A DNA stretch of 64,000 bases, taken from NCBI GenBank assembly GCA_025594325.1, contig JANHCV010000007.1:1364001-1428000 (forward strand). The letters run 5' to 3'. Position numbers and translations under genes: made by a program. The notes below the pieces were generated by a model. It ran no database searches and was not told where the DNA came from. It worked only from the letters and a program-made list of their open reading frames with translations. This DNA is from Blastocladiella emersonii ATCC 22665. Taxonomy: Eukaryota > Fungi > Blastocladiomycota. Below, in pieces: positions 57,526 through 64,000 of the stretch (positions are counted from its first letter, which is position 1; each line of letters starts with the position of its first letter).

Positions 57526-58413
57526 ATGATCCGCCTGGCGACGTCGCTCCGGTCAGTCTGCCCACCACCACGCATCGACACCTTGTCCGCCAGGACTGAC
57601 GCCCGCCCGCCCTCGCGCTCATGATAGCTCGCTGGCGTCCACGTCCCGCCCATGGACCGCGGCGGTCGCTACGCAGCTGGCCCGTGCTATGTCCACGACG
57701 GCGGCGCCGGCCAAGAAGCCGGCCGTCGACAACACCGAGTTTGACACGTCCGCGTCGTCGCTGTTCGACCAGGCGCTCAAGCAGGCCGCCGAGGCCAAGA
57801 AGATTGCCGAGTCGCCCGCCGCCGTCGAGGCCCGTGGCGGCGTGTTCATCTCCAAGGACTCGGTACTTGCGTGCACGCTTGCCCGGCCTGCCCGCGATCC
57901 CACGGCTCACCCTCCTCCGTGTAGTACACGCACACGACCTGCGACATCGACTACTCGCCGCAGAAGCTGAACATGCTGGCGCGGCAAATCAAGGGTCTTC
58001 CGCTGGGCAAGGCGATTGCGCAGATGCGGTTCGCGGTCAAGAAGCCGGCGCCCAAGCTGGTGCGCACGCTCAACGAGATCATTCACAACACCAAGCAGAT
58101 CGGGTTCGGCGACGAGTCGGTCCCGGACCGCGGCCTCGTGATCGCCCAGGCCTGGGTCGGCAAGGGCATCTACAAGCACGGCATCAACATCCACGGCCGC
58201 GGCCGGTTCGGCCGCCTCACCAGCCCTTCGGCCCACATGAAGATCGTCGTCAAGCACGCCAACGTGCCGCTCGCGCCCAACCGCGGCAACGCGTACCAGG
58301 GCAAGAACGCGTTTGTCGCGCCCAAGCAGAAGAAGGAGAGTAACCGCGTCCGTATGGTCCTCCCCGAAAAGCCTATCTACAACAAGTGGAAGAAGCTCTT
58401 CTTCGACGCCTAA
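57526..58413 (+). CDS. MRPL22: Mitochondrial ribosomal protein uL22m (introns; first exon tentative)
   Basis: QKLNMLARQIKGLPLGKAIAQMRF..K, IAQAWVGKG and HGRGRFGRLTSPSAHMKIVV. Confidence 0.88.
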
Positions 58414-58494
58414 TCCCGCTCGCTCCTCTGTTATCGTTCCGTCACGTCTTAAACACATAGTTACATTGATTCACCACACATCATCCGCTACAAG

Positions 58495-59928
58495 TTACTG
58501 CGAAAAGGGAAACGCGGGCGCGGGGACCACGACGCCCGTGGCCTCGCCGAACCCGACGCGGAACCCGTTGCCCTGGCACCACCCGGTCATCTTGACCTCG
58601 TCGCCGTCCTCGATGAAGGTGCGCTGGGTGCCGTTGTTGCCCACGTCCACCTTGTTGGCGCCCGACCACGTCAGCTCGAGCAGCGACCCGAACGAGGTCG
58701 CGTCGGGGCCCGAGATGGTGCCCGAACCGCACAGGTCGCCCGGGCGCACGTTGCACCCGTTGATGGTGTGGTGCGCCAGCTGCTGCTTGAACGTCCAGTA
58801 CATGTACTTGAGGTTCGAGTCCGTGATGGTCGCGAACTCGGTGCCGTCCTTGGCTAGTGCGGGCGTCGTGAGGGTTAGCGATTGATCTGTTCGGATCGTC
58901 GAGCAGCAAGTAGACGTACGCTTGAGCTGGACCTGGAGACGGATATCGTAGCTGCCCTTGGTCTTGTCCTGGAGGTACGGGAGTGGGGTGGGCTCCTGGG
59001 CGGGCCCGTCGACGAGGAACGGCTCGAGGGCGTCGAGCGACACGACCCAGGGGGACACGGTGGTGCCAAAGTTCTTCCCGAGGAACGGGCCGAGCGGCAC
59101 GTACTCCCACGCCTGGAGGTCGCGCGCGCTCCAGTCGTTCATGAGCACCACGCCGAAAATGTGGTCGTTGGCCTTCTCGATCGGGATCGGCTCGCCGAGC
59201 GTGTTGCCCGGACCGACGAGGAACGCCATCTCGAGCTCGTAGTCGAGGCGCACCGACGCGCCAAACACGGGCGCCGTCGCGCCCTTGGCGGGCAGCCGCT
59301 GGCCGAGCGGGCGCCGGATCGGCGTCCCCGACACGACCACGCTGCTGGCGCGCCCGTGGTACCCGACGGGCAGGTGCAGCCAGTTGGGCATCAGCGCGTT
59401 GTCCTTGCCGCGGAACATGGTGCCGACGTTGGTCGCGTGCTCGCGCGACGCGTAGAAGTCCGTGTAGTCGCCAATGTGCGCGGGCAGGTGCATCGTCGCC
59501 GCCGCGCGGTCCGTGAAGACCGCCGCGCGCAGGTCCGCGTTGTCGCGCACCGTCGCCACGTCCGAGCGAAGCAGGTGCTGCACGTGGTTGCGCGTCGCCG
59601 TCCACACGGGCTTGCCGAGCGCCATGAAGGCGTTGAGCGTGGGCTACGAGTGGCGGCGGTGGTGGGTCAGCATGCAGGCGAGGGAGCATCGACGAAGCGA
59701 GCGCGAGCGTACCTCGGAGAAGACATGCACATGGTTCTCGACGGCGGTGCCCTTGAACAGCCCCTCCTTGGCGGCGGCCGCGAGGTCGAAGATGTGGTCG
59801 CCGATCGCGACGCCGGTGCGCTTGGCCGGGTTCTTGGCGTCCGAGAACACGCCGAACGGCAGGTTCTGGATCGGGAAGTGCGACTCAGGCGCCACGGGGA
59901 CAAAGGACGCGAGGCTAGCGGCGGCCAT
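58495..59928 (-). CDS. FAH: Fumarylacetoacetase (two introns); possible in-frame upstream ATG at 60075
   Basis: [72 protein letters not shown]. Confidence 0.95.
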
Positions 59929-60278
59929 GGTGTAGTGTTGATACGTTGCGAGGGGGGCAGCGGAGGGGGAGCGAGAGCTGCGGGCGGGGAGCGCGGGCCA
60001 CTTGTACGCTGCGAGGACGGCGACGGCGAGGACGAGCACGGCGACCGAGAAGAACAGGCGCGAAGAACGAGCCATTGCGCGCAAGGCAAGAGAGCCGATC
60101 ACCCGCACCTCGCAACTGGCCGGTTTCGCGCGGCCGGAACACAAAACGTGACGCGGCGCAGCGCCCGTTTTCGCGTGCGCGCTGCGTTGGGGCGGGGTTG
60201 GCCGGGATCCGTGGCGCCGCCGCATCTCGGCCCTGCCAGCGAAATGAAAAGGAGGAGAAAAGAGCGAGAAAAAGAGAG

Positions 60279-60350
60279 TGAGGCGTGAGTGAGTCGAACA
60301 CCCAACCTTTTGATCTGGAGTCAAACGCGCTACCACTGCGCCAACGTCCC
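60279..60350 (-). tRNA. tRNA-Trp: tRNA-Trp (anticodon CCA), intronless
   Basis: GGGACGT-TG-GCGCAGTGGTAGCGC-G-TTTGA-CTCCAGA-TCAAA-AGGTT-GGGTG-TTCGACT-CACTC-ACGCCTC-A folds as a cloverleaf. It is followed by a TTTTT Pol III terminator. One A4:C69 mismatch. Confidence 0.93.
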
Positions 60351-60785
60351 TCCGATGGCCGCTCAGAGACAACGGCTATGTTGGCCAAGCCAGCAGGGCC
60401 TCTGAGTCGGAGGCAGCGGTGCGTCTCCTCCCGAGCGCGCGAGTTCACGCACGCGAGCAACCCTCGCCCTCCCGCGCCCCCGGCACCGCCACCATGAAGC
60501 AAGCGCACCCGATGCATCGCGCCACCCACTCGATGCCCGCGCACGCGCGCCAGTGACGTCGCCAAGACCGCCCGCGCGTACACACCCGTTCGCCAGTTTG
60601 TCACTGCCCACTTCTGACTCGACCATGCGGGCCCGCGCGCCCCTGTCGACCGACCTGCTTGCGTTTCGGATCACGGCCGGCCGGCCGGATGTCGGCGCGC
60701 CGGGCGCGTTGAGTACAAGAGGGCGCCGCCGCCGCCACACGGTCGTCGTCCCTGAGCCGTATCCGTACCTCTGGCCTCCGTCTAC

Positions 60786-63700
60786 ATGGCCCCGCCCGGC
60801 GCGCTTGCGACCCTGCTGCGCTTTGCCAAACGCCGGCCTTCCTCGTCGTCGTCCAAGTCTGCTATGCCTGACGCGCCGCCGTCGCCCGCCCTCAAAGAGT
60901 CTTCCCGCGAGCTCGCGCTGCCCCGATCCCTCGACGACGACGCCATGCCGCCCACCAGCAACTCCATCCCCGAGATCACGGTGACCGAATCCGCGGCGCT
61001 CCCGCCCGTGCCCGTGCCCGTGCCCGAAGCCACCCCGCCGCCGCAGCCAGACATCGCGCGTGCCGCCGAGGACCTGGTCGCGCCGGCCGCGCGGCGAGCG
61101 TCGCACACCGAGTCGATGCTTCGCGCGGCCGGCGGGATCGCGACCAAGGCCGTGGACCTGCAGGAGAAGGCCATGGCCATGAGCGAGTACCTGGGCATGG
61201 CCGAGGTCGTGTCCGGGTTTCTGGGGGATCTCGCGCAGACGGTGCCGTTTGGCGCGACCATCGCCAAGTGCTTCTCGATCATGTACCAGGCCGAGCTCGT
61301 TGCGCAGGACAACGAGGACAAGGCGACCACGCTGTTCAAGCGCGTCACCTTCGTCCTCGACACGGTGCGCAACCTGTACCAGATCGGCAAGTGGAACGTC
61401 GACAGCGCGCAGAGCGTGCTCGGCACCATCGAGCTGTCGGTCGTGGAGTGCGCAAAGTACTTTCACAAGTTCCGCGCCAAGTCGGCTTTCCAGCGCGTAC
61501 GCTCTCTCTCCTTTCTCAAACTGCTCCCCTGTACTGACTCGTGCGACGCGTGTGTAGCGCTTCTACTCGACCAAGATCCGCGAGCGGTTCGCGGGCCTCG
61601 ACGCGGGCCTGAGCGCGGCGCTCGCGCAGCTGCAGCTGGTCCTGCAGGTCGAGACGGTGCTGCGGCTCGAGCCGACGCCGACCTTCACCAAGCCGTCGCC
61701 CGAGGACGCCAAGGCCGAGAAGTTCATCGAGTCGCACGGCGGCGCCGACGCCTTCAGGGACAACCCGGACCTGGTCGAGCAGCTGGCCAAGGCGATCGGC
61801 GTCGAGTACTCGGCGACGCTCGTGGGCGAGGTCGGGCAGCGGTTCGACGCGGTCGAGGCGTCGCTCGAGGCCGGGTTCCTGGCCGCGATGCAGGCGCTCG
61901 AGGTGCAGGGCCAGGTGCTTGACAACATCCACCACAACGTGTCCGGGCTCGCGCAGCGCGGCGCCGCGTACGAGGACCTGTACAACGAGGTTATCCGCGG
62001 GATCTGGCAGCGGTGCGGGTGGGGCGCGACGGTCCCGCTCGTCAACTTCATCGAGGTGATCGTCGCCGAGACCAAGGACGGGTACGGCGTCTGGGCCGAG
62101 GAGCACGGGTTCGATATCGAGTACTACGTCCTCGAGGGGTTCCGCAAGCACCTCAAGCGGCTCGACGCTGACCAGTCGGGCCTCGTCACGGTGCGCGAGG
62201 TCAACGACTTTTTCTTCTTCGACTTTTCGCTCATCCAGTGGGCGCTCGTCGGGACGTTTTACATGCGCCAGCTCGAGATCGATCTGTACGGCTTCGCACA
62301 ACTTCTCCCACCACTCGAGCATCCTGCTGACACACTCTCGGACGCGAACGTGTGTAGCCTCCACGAGGTGGCCGTGCTGTGCCGTCAGGTCCGCGACCAC
62401 ATCCGCGCGCTGCCCGACGACGCGGCGTTTGTGGTGCTGTTCAAGGCGGTCGAGCCCGAGCTGCTGACGCTGGCGCACCTGTGCGAGCGGTCGACCGAGG
62501 ACGAGCTCGCGGACATCACGCCCGAGACGCACGCCGCCATCATGGAGTACATCCGCGCTGACATGTTTGAGGCGACGCGCACGGGGCTGTACGACGGCCA
62601 GCCCGACCTGTACGACTTTCACGTGCAGCAGCTCATCGCCGTGCAGTCGCCCGGCGTGCACCGCCACTTCTCGGCGTCCATCAAGTCGGAGCTGTCCGCG
62701 CTGCTCGAGTACATGAGCGAGCTGCGGGCCGCCGACCGCGCCGGCGAGGACGAGCACGCACCCATGCTCTCCGCGCTCACGTCGTGCCTGTACGAGATCG
62801 CGCGCACCTTCGAGCGCGCGTTCCCCGACACGATCCTGCAGCTCGACGCCAAGGCCAAGCAGGCGGCGATCCAGTACGGGTACCTCGCGACGCGCGGGTC
62901 GACCGACTGGTCCGCGCTGTTCGACTTCCCGCCCACGACGTTGCAGGAGCCCTTCCCGCTCACCGCGTGGGTGCCCAGCGCGCTGTCGCCCGACGTCCCC
63001 GAAAACGCGGTCGTCGGCGGCACGCTGTTCGGCGCCCCCGTGTACCTCGTCCAGGCGCTCGTCAACGTCGCCGGACGCACCAACCTCGTGCCCTCGTTCG
63101 CGTACCGTTCGCCGACCGGCCACTGGAAGTGCAAGGCGGCGATCGCGGGGGTCCAGCACGCCGCCACGTTCCAGTGGCTCACGCGTGCACGCAACGTGCA
63201 CGTCGCCTCGACCGTGAACGAGCCCGCCGACCACATCCTCGCGTGGGTCCCACTGCGGCTCGACGGCGACGCGCCGCACCCGCTGGCCGGGCGCGCCGGG
63301 ATCGAGTACCGCAAGCACGAGACGTATTTCGCGCGGCTCCGCGTCGATCCGGCGACCGTGGTCCCGGGCAAGCTCTTCACCAAGAATGGCCAGATGCACG
63401 CGTCGTTTGTCCTGCCGCGCGCCGACGGCGACGGCGCCTACGAGTACACGACGCTGCCGCACCAGTCCAAGAGCAGCCTCCGCCGCCCGCTGTCGCGCGA
63501 CATCGCCATAGAGATCCTCATTGCCGACTCGCGCAACATCGCCTTCTACCAGCACCTGCAGTGGAACACGCTCGCCGAGGCGCGCGCCCGCAACGCACAG
63601 CCCGTGATCGCCGGCGGGACGTCCGACCAGCCCGCGTACCTCGCGTGGACCGTCGGCGACCACGGGATGCGCCTCGGCATGGTGTTCGCCGACGAGGACT

Positions 63701-64000
63701 ACGCGCTGCTCGGCGAGGACCCGTTCGGCGGGGGACGCGACGACGATAACCGCGACGACGACGGGCTCGCGACACCGCACTTCCGCGTCCTTACGGGCCT
63801 ACCGGGCGCCGTGTTCGAGTCGGGACCGTACCGCCCGCACCCGCACCTCGCGTGGAAGAAGACCACGGCCGAGGGGATCGTCCACGGCGCGCACTCGGCC
63901 ATGAAGATCGTGATCGTCAACCAGACGCTCCGCGGCGAGACACTCGCGGTCGCGCGCACGGTGTCGACCAAGGCACTCGCGGACAAGCCTCGTACGTTTT
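60786..64000 (+). CDS. Multidomain protein: MLKL-like four-helix N-terminal domain + EF-hand + DM9-like repeats (introns 61497-61557, 62286-62357; runs off the window)
   Basis: Both splice junctions are in frame and the frame stays open to the window edge. AQTVPFGATIAK..AQDNEDKATTLFKRV helix bundle; DADQSGLVTVRE loop; WVPSALSPDVPENAVVGG..VYLV and VVPGKL repeats. Confidence 0.75.

Noticed and set aside
60279-60350. Chytrid-type 5' tRNA editing
   Set aside because: That system is mitochondrial and repairs positions 1-3; this is a nuclear Pol III gene with the mismatch at position 4.
683-63780. Many long antisense or alternative-frame ORFs (e.g. 683-2311, 8302-9534, 10589-11839, 23294-24523, 30030-31343, 53712-55466, 58882-60288, 61516-63780)
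   Set aside because: They overlap well-supported genes, are Arg/Gly/Ala/Val-rich with no motifs, and are expected from stop-codon depletion under very high GC3.
16118-64000. P2X, PMCA, G-alpha and an EF-hand protein as a Ca2+/purinergic signalling gene cluster
   Set aside because: They are spread over about 48 kb and interleaved with unrelated housekeeping genes; there is no evidence beyond chance co-location.

Overview
This is GC-rich eukaryotic DNA: gene-dense, with short GT-AG introns and CTAAC/CTGAC/CTCAC branch points. A flagellar gene (CFAP73/CCDC42) occurs together with chitin synthase, a THI6 fusion, a Mortierella-type delta-5 desaturase and a P2X receptor. That combination points to a zoosporic fungus, most likely Blastocladiomycota (inference). 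About 30 protein genes and one tRNA-Trp can be supported. Most long ORFs in the supplied track are antisense shadows caused by extreme GC3 bias. Most unusual items: (1) a right-edge gene combining an MLKL-like four-helix N-terminus, an EF-hand and DM9-like lectin repeats, a candidate glycan/Ca-gated membrane-damage or immune receptor; (2) a DUF4140/DUF4139 protein carrying about 29 FG motifs and a GLEBS-like segment; (3) a lower-GC accessory island (about 42.3-51.2 kb) of same-strand F-box/LRR/MATE genes punctuated by three identically spaced 39-bp motifs and containing a MATE-LRR chimeric junction; (4) animal-associated genes: an ACE (M2) peptidase, a PRAS40/Lobe-like protein, a PMCA with a CaM-binding tail, and P2X; (5) a tandemly duplicated C2H2 cluster with an in-frame splice link; (6) a recurrent 20-bp intergenic motif. 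All family assignments come from motif recognition by eye; no searches were run.
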